DNA of 64,000 bases from assembly GCA_964035545.1 (NCBI GenBank), contig OZ037767.1:3111680-3175679 (forward strand), given 5' to 3'. The position numbers were made by a program, and so were the translations under genes. The stretch comes from Bugula neritina. Its lineage: Eukaryota > Animalia > Bryozoa. Shown here piece after piece: positions 35,901 through 50,900 of this stretch; the stretch's first letter is position 1; each line of letters begins with the position of its first letter. The notes beneath the pieces are model-generated. The model ran no database searches, was not told the DNA's origin, and saw nothing but the letters and a program-made list of their open reading frames with translations.

Positions 35901-38900
35901 GGTTTGACGCCATACCTTGGTTAGTAACTGACATGAAAGAGTTCACCAAACCTACCTGACTGCTGTCAGAAGGAGCCTTATCCTTGCTGCCGATATAGAA
36001 GGTGATCATGATGGAGATGCAGTCAATGCGTATGAGGAAACGCTTTTCCTCCTCGCCAAGACGGGCAAACTCAAACAGGAAGGAGAAATACTCCGGCAGA
36101 TATTTACAGTTATTTAGCTGAATGTCCGGGTGCTGTAAGATCTGTAGCTGCTTCAGGATGAACCTTGACACGACGTTACTGTAAGTATATGATAGTATAT
36201 TACACTCACCTAGTATACAGTATATTACACTCACCTAGTATACAGTATATTACACTCACCTAGTATACAGTATATTACACTCACCTAGTATATAGTATAT
36301 TACACTCACCTAGTATACAGTATATTACACTCACCTAGTATACAGTATATTAGACTCACCTAGTATACAGTATATTACACTCACCTAGTATACAGTACAT
36401 TACACTCACCTAGTATACAGTATATTACACTCACCTAGTATACAGTATATTACACTCACCTAGTATACAGTATATTACACTCACCTAGTATACAGTATAT
36501 TACACTCACCTAGTATACAGTATATTACACTCACCTAGTATACAGTATATTACACTCACCTAGTATACAGTATATTACATTCACCTAGTATACAGTATAT
36601 TAGACTCACCTAGTATACAGTATATTACACTCACCTAGTATACAGTATATTACACTCACCTAGTATACAGTATATTACACTCACCTAGTATATAGTATAT
36701 TACACTCACCTAGTATATAGTATATTACACTCACCTAGTATACAGTATATTACACTCACCTAGTAGAGACGTTACCCTCGCTGTCATGCAGCCAGGGGGT
36801 GTTGGGGGAGTCAGCGTAGTGTCGAACTCGCAGCTGGTTGATGACATGCAGAAGAAGTCTCTGGAACATCTGTCTAATGGTCTGATTGGAGCAGCTGATA
36901 AGAATCTGCTGAGACCAGTGGTCGTCGGTAGACATCTTGTCCAGCAGCCACTGAATATCATAAACACAATGAAATAATGGTGGCTAGCGTCATTAGCTAC
37001 AAACATGTTATACAGAACGAAAGGTTAGCTGCTTTTTATATAAATGCACTGATCTTATTTTATTGCGAAAAACATACTTTAAACTTTCTTATATGAAAAC
37101 TATTGTGGATGTTGAGAACACAACTCTTGAAATTGCTGACCTCGCACGCCTCGTGACACTGATTGAACTGTTTAGTCAGGAGTTCAATCCACTGCACCAT
37201 GGTGGGCTTCTCCTTAGCGTGTATGAACGTCTCGAGGAGGAAAAGACTGCTGAGCTGGGCGGGTAAGATGAGCACCGAGGTATCTGACCGGGGCAGAGTG
37301 GCAGGAACTATGGCACACATCTGCCACATGAAGCTACGACAAACCAAATTACACAAATTATGACACTTGATAGAAAATTGTCTAAATGCTTTTACACTCA
37401 GTGTCAACTTCTTACTGTGAGTCCAAAAGATACAAATTTTATTATTTAAATTCAGCAGCAAAGGCAAAAAATTTGTAGAATTTTGCATATTTTTAGAATA
37501 AGTAACCAAACTCCAGTCAAGCTAAAGACACATAGTTTAAAAGTGAATAGAAATAAAAGCACTAAGGATCTGCCACATACAGACGGTAGGAGGGTTGGTA
37601 TGCATCTACTAAATAATCATATTGTATGCTGTTGAATATTGTACAGGTGTTGGATACTCACCTGAAGTAATGGTGGCAGAAGATATTCTTATCCTGGAGG
37701 AAAGAAGTGTTGTCCTTCCAGATCCAGTCTGCCAGCTCATCTGACATTTCAAACTTGTACTTGGGGGAGGGGAGGGGCTCGGTGGGACTCGAAACTGAGG
37801 CTGACTGCTCGGCAGCAACATCCTCCCTTACAACTCTCTCGTAGAACAGCATGTAGGCGGAGTTAGTCTGTCCATATTCAATATATGGTTATGTTTAATG
37901 TGTTGATATTTAATGTATTCATATAGATATTATAGATTATATGTTTATGTTTCAAATATGTTTATAGCTGTAGCTATTGGCTGATGGTGAAAAGCATGAG
38001 GCGACGACTTCAAGTACTGACTCAGTAGCACTTTAGCATAGAGTGATTCACTAATGTCAAATGGATTTAATTTCAAGTCACGAAACAATAAAATACTACT
38101 TAAAAAAAGAGGAATCAAGATAATGTAAATGTCAATGTGTGAAATTAGACATATGGAGATGTTGAGCAAATGCCAAAAACATGAATCTACATTAAATAGA
38201 ATTGGTATTTGAATAGAACTGTTACTGAAATAGAGCTAATACTTAAATAGAACTGGTACGATAGACTATAATAACACATACATATTGTTATCTGATATTA
38301 GCAATAACTACCTTCTCAAAAGAGAAATCCATGAACTTGTCAGAGATGGTATCATAGGTGGTGCTTGTCATCTCGCCACCGAAACACTCTTGAGCAACTT
38401 GTGCCGGGTCAAACGGCTTCACTTCAGAATCATTAAACAAGAACCTGCACAGAAATATTAAATTTCATTATATTTATTAAAATAATTCCGTGACCTAATG
38501 AGCTACATAAAGTTTGTGTATAACTACAAAGAGGATACTGAATCTCACCATTTATCGGGTTTTCCCGGCTCAACTGCAATCTTGTCCCTGATGAAGCTGT
38601 AGTAATGGCCGCCATCTGCCGTCCCAGTGTGCACTGTCACACCAATTAGTTCATAGTCGGTACCCTCGTCCACCACATCTCCCTCTTCACTAACGGACGT
38701 CTCCCCACCCTCACTGTCTGCCTTAGCTGACACGTTCTTAGGCTAAGAAAATACATCAGACCATCAAATGCTGCTTATGGTTATAAAACATGTTGGCATA
38801 CAGACTACGACACACAACATGTATAAAATAATGAGTGTCCTAAACCCTTTCCCTATAACCTGTGGTAAACTAGCACCTGATACACACAATATCAACTCTG

Positions 38901-41900
38901 TGCACAAATTTTCACGATCTATTACTCGCGAATATCACAATCAAAACTTGCTATAAAGATTCAATCAAGTACAGGTTCTGCTTCTTTCAGTCGCATTTAG
39001 TGAAAAGCAATAACTGTGAAACTCTAGCTTAAAATAATTAACATACTTTCACACTCAGTCTAGACCACATACTATTTTAGAGACGAACCTTGAGCAGTGT
39101 AGACTCCATGTAGTCGGCCATACTGAGTTGCTGTGGAAACGAGAAGTGAGTATTTATCTTTTCCTTGAGCATGGTGATCATGTTGAATGTATACCTCATA
39201 GTGTTGAAGCAGAGGATCTTGGGAAGGCGTTTGAAGCACGCCCTCTTTTCAGCTCTCACCTTCTTTTGACACTTAGAGCAGGTGTACATGTTGTCACCGT
39301 CCAACGTGTCCTTGACACATACTTCATCCAGAGATTCCTGGTCAATATAAGATTATATGTAATGTAAAATATTAATTTTATATGATGTTAATATACAACA
39401 ATGCCATTATATATCGTATTATATATAATAATTCACCATCACATCAATCCTACTGAAAGATATAAAAAAACTTTGTTTAAGTTCAGCTGTGCACATTGGA
39501 AACGAGTAAAACAAAATATAAAAGCTATATTACCATTCAATAAAAAACAATATAATTTAATACTATACCAATATATTATATTGCTTTATAATATGACATT
39601 GATGGGAATATATCATATAAAAGATGACATAACACTGTTGGAATAAATGCAAGAGAAAACAATAAATATACACTGAAAAGGCCAATAGAAATACACTAAA
39701 ACACAAACTGTATCTCAGATAGTTCACAGGGCATACGATGCACACATAAACACAGTCTGTACAATGCATTGCACTCAACTACAGACACATACATAGAGAT
39801 TCCTCATATCGGCCACTGGGCAGCGTATCGTATAAAACTCCTCCAGGGTTTTACTGACGTGTGGGCAGTCCAGCGACACGACGTTGTTGGACGTAACGCC
39901 AACAAAGAGATCTTTGACTAGAGATTTCTAGAATACAAATATGCTATGTATATATTATGTAGGGGTATTATAATAACACGATATATATATAATAGTTTCA
40001 CAGTATATTACAATTAGTCAAGCATAATATAATTATATAATTTATAATGTCAGGTATTACAACCACATAATATACTACATATTGTACATATCATATAGCT
40101 TTAATTATATAATATACAATCATGATGTAAAGTTATTCACAGCCAACATGGCGGACAGACGCCCACCACTCACCAAATCAGGTGACATTTCTTCCAGCTT
40201 CGTTATCAGATCTGTGAAGAATTCCGTCATATCCTTCTGCTCTCCGGTGTTGAGGGGTTGTCTGTCCATCTCATACACCTACACAAGTATTATACTAATT
40301 ATATCACTGTATAATGATGACTAAAAAGGTGGTACTGCTAATCTTTAAAACCACCAACAGCAGAAATAAAACAAGGAAATGTGATTACAAATACTAAAAT
40401 ATGCAGTAATACATTTGGTAAACAATATTCTATGGTATAAATTAGCCAGACACATTGCATTAAGTACACTATAGCTGTATAAAATAACAGAAGGTTGTAG
40501 TTATACTAGAATACCAGAGACTAGAATACTAGAGAGTAGAATACTAGAGAGTAGAATACCAGAGACTAGAATACTAGAGACTAGAATACCAGAGACTAGA
40601 ATACTAGAGACTAGAATACCAGAGAGTAGAATACTAGAGAGTAGAATACTAGAGAGTAGAATACCAGAGACTAGAATACTAGAGAGTAGAATACTAGAGA
40701 GTAGAATACCAGAGACTAGAATACTAGAGACTAGAATACCAGAGACTAGAATACTAGAGACTAGAATACCAGAGAGTAGAATACTAGAGAGTAGAATACC
40801 AGAGACTAGAATACTAGAAACTAGAATACCAGAGACTAGAATACTAGAGACTAGAATACCAGAGAGTAGAATACTAGAGACTAGAATACTAGAGACTAGA
40901 ATACTAGAGAGTAGAATACTAGAGACTAGAATACTAGAGAGTAGAATACTAGAGAGTAGAATACTAGAGACTAGAATACTAGAGAGTAGAATACTAGAGA
41001 GTAGAATACTAGGGAGTAGAATACTAGAGAGTAGAATACTAGAGAGTAGAATACTAGAGAGTAGAATACTAGAGAGTAGAATACCAGAGACTAGAATACT
41101 AGAGACTAGAATACCAGAGACCAGAATACCAGAAACTAGAATACTAGAGAGTAGAATACTAGAGACTAGAATACTAGAGAGTAGAATACTAGAGACTAGA
41201 ATACCAGAGAGTAGAATACCAGACTAGAATACTAGAGAGTAGGGTAGCTGACCTTGCAGAAGTTCTGGGGGTTGTAAGACTTCCGCTCGCTCTCCATCAG
41301 GTAGGCAAACATCTTCTTCATTTCCTTCAGAGTCTCCGAGTAGAGTGGACTCACTCGATCAACCTGCAGTGTTATACGCAATTTTCATTTACCTTTTTTT
41401 AGACAATTATTTAGAACTGCGCTCACTCTCAAAGGCAAGAAATATGAAAAATATTTTCAACACGGTGTCACACAAGATGATTGAAACTGGAAACTATATG
41501 ACTAATCATAAACCGACAATGCAAACATTTTGTGAAATAAATTGTGTTACTACTCAAAATTCGCAAAACTGATTTTTTGAAAACCCAATAAACCCTTTCA
41601 GGTGTAATTTGTTGTGTTACATAACTGCTTAAAACAGCCTTTAAGCATCATTAACTATGACTATATAACTATTTCGAATTGTATTTTTGCTGTAACATTT
41701 GAAAGAAGACGACTCCAACATCCAACTCAAAAACCCATTTTATGAAAGTGAAAACATAGAAGTTAACTGAGGAATAATGGTGACGTACGTTAGCCTGTAG
41801 AACTGACTGCCTAGCCTGAGGGATCATGTACAAGTGTTGCATGCATGTGGCCATGTAGCAGGTGGCCCCCAGGTTCTGGAGTCCGACGTACCCGCTAACT

Positions 41901-44900
41901 GACCTCACATCCTCTACCGGCCAGTAGTCCCAAGGATAGCCGGCTGTGCAGTCTGCAATGAGAAACTAGAGACCTGAGGCTAGATGCTATACCAAAATAG
42001 TGTGGTGACATAGTCAGCACTATACGAGTAGGGGACGGGTGGGCTCACACCCCATCAGACATTTTTTCAATAATAAAACGTCTATTGAAAAGCTCAGAGC
42101 AAACATCGGGACTGAGCTTAGCTGTTACATGAAATACGTAGAACACAGCCAACACTACTGTTATATAACATACAATAGAGAGTATCATATCATGTGGGGA
42201 TAACTACTGTTACACACCGTGCTGCTGCATGAGCTTAGAGTGGAGGAACTTGTAGTTGTCGGGAGAGTCCTTGACCAGCTCAACGAGCAGGTCATACGCA
42301 GAACACCTGGATGTGTTACTCTTGCACTTCGGCAAGTGTCTTCTCTTTATACACGGCAATAGGAAGAGGCAGTCGAATATCTCTGATATCAGCTCCTACA
42401 CGTTATCATACAATAACACACTTACCAGCTCCAATATGTTACCATACAATAATACACTTATCAGTTCCTATATGTTACCAAACAATAACGCACTTACCAG
42501 CTCCTATATGTTACCATACAATAACACACTTATCAGCTCCTATATGTTACCATATAATAACACGTCGTAACAATACCACTCATATTTTTCAAGTTTATAG
42601 ATGTTATTATTTTAAAATCATTGCTTCGACATGTATTATAAGCAAACAGAACACAAAACATAGCGGAATGACAACTCCCGCGGCACCAACCTTGGCATCA
42701 GGAGATTGTTTGAAAGACGCGTCGTGTTTGATGACGGAGGTGAGGAGGTTGAGGAGACCAATCAGACCCTCGTCTTCTGCTGCAGAATGCCTCTGCTCGT
42801 AGAAAGCTCTAGAAAACACCGACTTCCTGAGCGTGTCAGCCAGACTTGGCAGGTCGAACTGAAAAAGATGCACAGTTTAGATAGCCAATCAGCAGCCTGA
42901 TTTAGTCACATGATCCACTCACACAGACAACTACACACAATATCAGACACACCAGCAACATGCTTAGCTTTAGAACTGAAAACAATGTAAATTTAAAACA
43001 TGAAAAGTTAACCAAAGCTTGCGCAGCTCTCCTTCTAATCAAACTGGAATGCTCCAACTGGATTCGATACTTAAATGTTATAACAATGTTACAAGTTTAT
43101 TGCTGCCTCCCTCTTAGACTTTAGAGTGTAGTAGAGGGCAAAGCATAGGACTTGTCTAAGTTATTTTCTCTTTTTGGCTTTTAAAAACAGCATATTATTT
43201 TAAAACAAAGTCGTATGTTGCTTTACAGTAATCTTTTATGTTGAGATGCAGTTATTTCTGGTACTTCGTGTAATAATTTCATCAAACCTTCACTATCAAC
43301 CTTAGTAATAGTGCAGTGAATGCAGCTGCGACTAGTTGTACATGGGCTAGATCTAGTAACAGATATGATTGCTGTGCAAGTGAGCGAAAACCGACCTGTT
43401 TGATGTTGGTCTCATCCATATTGTCTATCAACAGCCCGGCCAGCCACATGAAGTCCTGACTAGAAGCACCGAGTTTACACTTCCTGTTTTCCGTAGACTC
43501 ACAGGCTTCGTTCATGAGTGGCTGCATGCTCGCTGCCATCGACATCAGCTCCAGCAAAGCTGACAGAGTCATGACAGCATAAGGTGATGGAGAATTGTTG
43601 CTCGAGCTTTTACGTCGGCCTAAACAGAGCTGGTATAAACTTCGACAGGCCTCTTGTCGCAGTTGTGACTAAAAAGAAATAAATAAAAATACTTGAAACT
43701 TGCAAAAAAACAACAATAAGATATGAGAAACGGGTATAACTTTTTATGACTGATGAAAAAAATTTGGGCTTGTCCGGGATTTGAACCCGGGACCTCTCGC
43801 ACCCAAAGCGAGAATCATACCCCTAGACCAACAAGCCACCATACATAACACGTAATACAATCATGTCCAGACTTGCCCACAATCAGTTGTCGCCCTTGAC
43901 AACCACATGTCAATAACTGGCTATGGTATTTATTATTTATGCACAGTTAGATTAGAAGTTGTGGGGATTTTGTGAAAAGTACAGCCGATGAAAACAGCCA
44001 CAAAAAGTTGAAACTATCACTAGCCACTTCATAGATTTTGCCTCGGAACATTTTGTCACGTGCAAAAACTTGTACATCCGGAAAGAAAAGAGTAGAATAT
44101 ATAGCTAATACATCGCCCAATCAATCACAGAGCATCAGCAAACAAATGTCTGTTAGCAGTTGATCAGAGGAAAAAGTGTACAAAATAAACCGTATCTGAA
44201 AAATTATTGGTTTACTAAAAGCAGAAGTGAATAAAAATTGTCGTATTCTCACCAAAGCATACAAATTTAAAGAGACCTGTAAAGGCGATTTTAGTCATTT
44301 CATTTTTAATGTGGCTACAAAACACAGCAGCAGCTAGAAAATCGTAGTGTTAACACTCTACAAATTGATTCACTAACACCTCTAGTAATAATACTTTGGT
44401 ATCCATTACTAAAGTCCACTAAAATGATCTATCACCCACAACAAACTTGTCATTCATAACACAAAAGTAACTATGAATATTGTAAGTGCGATTCTTTGAA
44501 ATTAAAGGCATATCTAAGCTTCGTAGTATTTTATTAAACAGTAATCCCACAGGCAGCAGAGTGACAGCAGAGCGACAGAAAGGCAGCGTACGGTACCTCA
44601 GAGGCTTGAAGAGTGAGTCGTTTCAGCCAGAGATGGAAAGTTGGGTTTGTGGTGCTCTGTAGTCCATTGAGAACTTTGTCATCAGAATATGCCCAGAAGA
44701 CGAGAAATATCATGGCCTGGTGCAGCACTGCAGCAAACAATAGCCAAACAGTTATTACCATAAACAATATCAATACTTCTGTTTATTCAACCCTTCTGTA
44801 GTACAATAAGCTAATCATTCTCATATATATAGACACACCTTCTCTCTCTTTTACACACATAAATACACACATTCTGTAGTACTATACGATAATCCACCAC

Positions 44901-47900
44901 AAACCACAATTTAATGGCTCTATAGAGGGTACTCTCGGAATATTGTGTACTCTTAATTTATAAATGGGCAGCATTGGAAGTCACCCTTAAAAAGCCCGAG
45001 GACCAGATACTAAACAAGGACACGGCTCACTGGCTTACCCAGCCCTTATTTATTACATCACACACTAAAGAACATAACAGAGTCAAGTGTTACAACACAG
45101 GGAAGAAAAGATTACTGCCCTAAAACTGGCCTGGCGGAGTTCCTACCTTCGAATCTGCCCCAGATGGGGGAGGGACTAGAAGCTGGCAAGACAGAGTCGT
45201 AGATCACAGTATAGATTATGGTAAATATGTCCTCGTATCTAGAGTCCAGCATCTTAGCCATCACCTGAACATTAAACCAGGTGTAGGGAAAGAGAACACA
45301 ACTCTCAAAGGAACAATAAGCTACTACTTAACCTTACTCCTCTTATGTTACAGGTACTACTTAACTTCACCCTTTCTATGTTACAGAATTGAACTCTCAA
45401 CGCAGTCTGTCCATGTAAATAGAGTTAATATCAGGCTAGTTAATAGCATATAATGGTGAAAGCAGTAAATGATAACAAAACCGTTTACTAAAAGAGCACA
45501 TGAAATGCTGATACAAAGAGAAGAGATAATTTTGAAGTTGACTGCTACCAGAAATCCAAACACTTATAATAACATTACGGGCGGGTCCATCCGCCTACCT
45601 TGTTGAGTGAAGGAATCTCGGGTCTCTGAGGTGAAGGTCGTGCGATCTGACTGGGAGCAGACGGACTGCCGGCCAATTGGTCCTCCGAAGAAGAAGTTGT
45701 TGAGTTAGAAGTGGAGGCGGGAGAAAGGGCGGGCGACTCCTCAAGAGGGACAATAGCGAATTGACAGAGTAGTTTCAGGAGATAGGCAAAGGCATCTTGA
45801 TACCACTAGAGAGAAATATTCCAGCAGCATGTTAGATATATTTATTTATTTAAAAGCTCTTAGAATACATTTCAACTGTTTAAATGTTTTCACTTGGAAG
45901 CTCTTAGAATTTATTAGTGTTTACTAGAATGCATATTAATTCCAATACTATAACACTATAATACTGTAACACTGTAAAACTATAATACTACAATATTATA
46001 CTACTATAGTTTTATGGCACGGTAATACTATAATAATGTATTACTAAAAGTATAGACTATTAACTACATTGTAATTTGACTAAAATGCTATACTACAATG
46101 CTACGATGCAATAGAGTGGGTAAACCGACATACGTCATTCCAGGGAGATCCCTCCTGCTGTTCCAGCTTACGACTCGCCAGTATATCAAACAGATGAGAG
46201 AGTCCACCATCAGTGATAAACTAAACCATTACACACATCAGTAACAAAAGCGTACAGTAGAACAAAAGATACTCTTCAAGTGAAAATTCATAATACTTAG
46301 AAAAAAAAGTTCACTTACTTTGACCTACTTACTTACTATGACTCATGTATTGGCAGTAAGTATCTAGTACAGCATACGGTCACTCACCTTACTAGTCCAC
46401 ACGACTTCCTTGCCTGCTGTCTGCATCTCCGCATCTTCTGATCTCATCACCACTTGCTCGTGATCAGAGCAGATGGTGAGACTAGGACCTGGTCTCTTCT
46501 CCTTCTTGGAGAGGGCCTCTACTATCTACACACCAAGTAAACTTAACCATACAGCTGGCTTATATTCAATCATATAAATATTCAGTCTCAACATACATGT
46601 ATGTACCACACATTTGTATTCTGATAAATGCTACTAGTTTTGGAGAATTAGTGCATTATGTATGAGTCATGAATACAGGGATACACTGTTATCAGCTGAT
46701 ATACTCACACACAGCTAGACTCACTAATCACTCACATACAGTTAGACTTACCAATTACCCACACACAGTTACTCACTAGTTACTCACACACAGTTAGACT
46801 TACCAATTACTCACACACAGTTAGACTCACTAGTTAATCACATACAGTTACTCACCAATTACTCACACATAGAGTTAGACTCACTAGTTACTCACACACA
46901 GTTAGACTCGCTAGTTACTCACACACCGAGTTAGATTCACTAGTTACTCACACACCGAGTTAGATTCACTAATTACTCACACACAGAGTTAGACTCACTA
47001 GTTACTCACACACGGTTAGACTCACTAGTTACTCACACACCTGCATAGAGTAAATGAGTTTAGAAGGCTGAGTAGGATCAAGAAGCTGGTCGAAATCCAG
47101 CAGGGAGTCGTCAGCTTCTGTTGAAAGTTCCGAGATAGCCTTGAGTATGGATGGGCTGGTGGGGACCATCATGAGGAGCTCCCAAACTCTTCTGGATAGA
47201 ACTCGGGCTCTGCTGCACATTATAAGTCTGTTGCTGGTCTTTTTTGGTAAAGTCTGTAAATATAACAGGGCATCAATTGTTGTCAGGTAGGTGCACAACG
47301 GACTCCCCCTTCCTCTAACAACACGATGGTAGTGTGGTTACACTTTAGGTTTCATACTCTAAGACAGCTCCATTGAGTCAGTGAAGACATTTGAACAACC
47401 CATGGTGTCGCCTGAAATTAGGTCGTAAGCAGAAAGAAGATGGCTGAGATGTTGATAATAAACTAATTTTAAATGAAATAAAATTATGCAAAACTTTTTT
47501 AGAGGCCTCAGTATTAAATTATCAGTATTTTCAGACTAAAGCACAACTATTACAATAAAGTGAACCAGTGGAGAGGAAAACCGACCTCGTGTGCGTTGCT
47601 GAGCTGCTCCAGCATGTTGAACAGATTGTCAAAGTGAGGCTGTTGAACTAAAATCAACATGGGGATGAGATGAGGCATTTGGTGAAGCTGAACAGCTCCT
47701 TCTTGCTTCAACTTCTGGCGGTTTGAGCTCACGTTGACCAGCACCATCTGTAAATGCCATAGCGTAATTGTAGCACATATCCTGGTATTATTACAGTCAT
47801 ATCCTAGCATGGCTGTAGCACATATCCTAGTATTATTACAGTCATACCATAGCATGGCTGTAGCACATATCCTGGTATTACCTGCTCATTCTTGATGGGA

Positions 47901-50900
47901 ACCTGATGCAGAGGTTTCCTGTCTAGGTCCATAGACAGCTCCTGTCCACCGCATATCATCCTGACGGGCACAGCCAACATATCGGCAGCGTGTTTACTAG
48001 CACCACCTGCTGCCGCTGACCCTTCAGGTTTCTGCTGCTTGACCAGAGTGTTCCACCAGTTGGTGACGTCGGCTCTCAGCTCTCCCAGCAGCACCGAGGA
48101 CAGAACCTCAACTTCCACCTGAAGACATCAGAGGAGACATGTGATGCAGTGAAGGCAGCAAACAAATAAATTCAAAATTAGAAAAAATGTGACAACTAAT
48201 TATACATAGCAACTGTCAAATTCTTTGTGTTTTCCGTTTTCACCACAATGTATGGATGTCGAGAGAAATCGACTTTGCGCTATGCAATGCAAGTAGAATA
48301 ACATTCCACTATACCTTGTAAGGAGTGGACGGTGTTCGAATGTTTTTTAGAACAGACGCACTCAGCTGTAGCTTCAGCATTTGAGTTCCTTTTTCCTCCG
48401 GTTGGGGTTGGTGACTCACTACCCCCTTTCCTTTTAACTGCCACATTCTCAGCTGCAACAAAACAGAAACAGTCAGTTTCCCATCATTATATGAAAGTCA
48501 AACTCACAATGAGAAAAGGAACTAAAAATACTATCAAGGTATAAAGTGTATACCTGGTAGGCGTACTTCTGTCGGAAAGTCTCCACGTGGTTGCGGAGTA
48601 GATACAGCCCTCGGTCTATTATCTGCATGCTGGTCTCACAGTCGTTATTAAAGATGTTCAGCGCCTTCATTAGACACCTCATACACCTCTCCACAAACTC
48701 CGGTTCTCGGGATAAATCCTGGTCTACAGTGTATGAATAGAATGTAGATCAATATATTGTATGTACAACTTGTGACCTACACATACAATGACAAAATTCA
48801 TGAGTAGTATTCTTTAACATAGAAATAAAAGATTAAAAAAATGCACAGCATAATAGGTAAAGTTTTATCAAATAAATCAAATTTAAATAGCAAGATCAGT
48901 GTCTACAGATGTCTGCAGGTGTAACACTACTTGCAAGTGTCTGCACGTGTGACACTACTTGCAGGTGTCTGCAAGTGTGACACTACTGACAGGTGTCTGA
49001 AAGTATGACACTACTAACAGGTGTCTGCAAGTGTGACACTACATGCAGGTGTCTGCAAGCGTGACACTACTGACAGGTGTCTGCAAGTGTGACACTACTT
49101 GCAGGTGTCTTCAAGTGTGACACTACTGACAGGTGTCTGCGAGTGTGACACTACTGACAGGTGTCTGCAGGTGAGACAGACTCACCATTCATGTAGCAGC
49201 TGTTGAGGTAGTCGATGGCGGAAAGGCTGACCTCAGTACACTGTGACTTCAAGGCTATGTCCCACAACTGAGTGTCATTTCCTTTCACTTCTGCGGCGTT
49301 TGCCTGAGAGAGCATCTCGTGGAGGAAGTGAAAGAGATTAAAACCTGTCATCGTCATGTCTTTCTGACTCAACAGGGTCAGCTGAAAGTATACAGAGTCA
49401 GCTCACATTTACATGCAGTGACATCACATAGTCACAATGTGAGCTTGATTTGTATTTTCCAATAAACTCAATAGCCGATTGATACTGATTGATTATTTTA
49501 CATTGATTGATACTAATTGATTTCCTTATATTGGTTGACTCAAATTGACTGATTGATAGTGATTCTGGGTATGAGAGCACTATTTCTGTGAGACAAAATT
49601 ACAGATTTAAAAAAAGGAATATCACAGAATTCAGAGGACGATTCAAAAGAGTGACTGACCAGCAACTGAAATTGAGATTGCCATGCCACGTGTCAGAGAA
49701 TATCTCAACTCAGCACCATATATACTCAGTTTATAAAAACCGCCTGAGCCCAGAGAATTCCCCAGATATTCATAAACAGACACAAGATAGAAAAGCTCTG
49801 TAGATGTGAACACTGAGCAAACATAAACATGTAAGCAGATATAAGTACCTTCTCGCAGTATATATACTTGAACGTGTCTAAAGTGAGGGCGTGCAGATCC
49901 CTGGAGTTAGCCTGGTTATAGAACCAGTTCAAGGCGTAGTCTCCTGTATCTTTATGCATCACCAGACACTCCCAGATCACGTCTATTTGCTGTTTACTCA
50001 AACCTAAAATATCAGCATTAAGAACTAAGGCTATGACATCACCGTCTCCTCGATTGGCCAAACATACGGCAGTCAACAGAAACTATATCCTGTGTGTAAA
50101 TGATAGTATGAACACTGATGGGTTATTCTGAAAGCATTAGTGATATTGTTAATGGCCTTGAATATGCAAAGGTGATTTCAGTTTTGTCAATGGAAATACA
50201 TAATATTTAAAAAAAATCATATATCCTTGCAAAAGCTTGCTAGGATTAAATACAACAGAAACACACTGCGGGACGGCGACTGGCCACCCATTAGGACTCA
50301 CAGAATTGTTCAGGGGAGGCTACGTATGAGTATATGAAAGAGAGGAACTGCAGGCGTACACCGATGTCTACTTTCAGCCCATATCTAAAACAAGAGATCA
50401 TTGATGTGATGGCTTTACAGATGGCAGAGGAAATCACTTTGACAACACATTAAATTGCACTGAAGAGTTGTTATGGGCAGCTAAAAGCACATTGTGTTTA
50501 CCAGAAGCATGCAGTTCACATAAACTCAAAATGATGATGATATGAACAGCTTGAATTAATTTGCTACTAGTAGGAAGTAGGCAGCAAATCAAGGATTGAA
50601 ACTAAATTTCCTAAATTTATGTATATAATATTTTCTTAGATTAAATAAAATAAAGGAAACCCTGCATGACAAAACCTGCATGGGGAAACAACTTACAATG
50701 AAGTAGAAGGATAATCCTTATCGTTGAGTTTTTCCCGGAATGCGTGAAAGTGGTTAAAGAAAATATTCATCATGGAGAAGGTTTCCTCCAAGTACCTACT
50801 TGGAGAAAAAATAACTTCAATCAAGTGCTACATGTTCGTTGAAAACATCAGCAATGTAATATTTATTCCAACAAATTTATGTCACATATCACATTACACC

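Noticed and set aside
36194-41241. Regular arrays superficially like CRISPR
   Set aside because: Head-to-tail repeats without unique spacers, no cas genes, eukaryotic intronic context.
47300-47450. Less AT-rich intronic segment with box C/D-like words (GTGAAGA...CTGA)
   Set aside because: The motifs are antisense to the host transcript, with no terminal stem or recognisable guide; more likely a repeat remnant.
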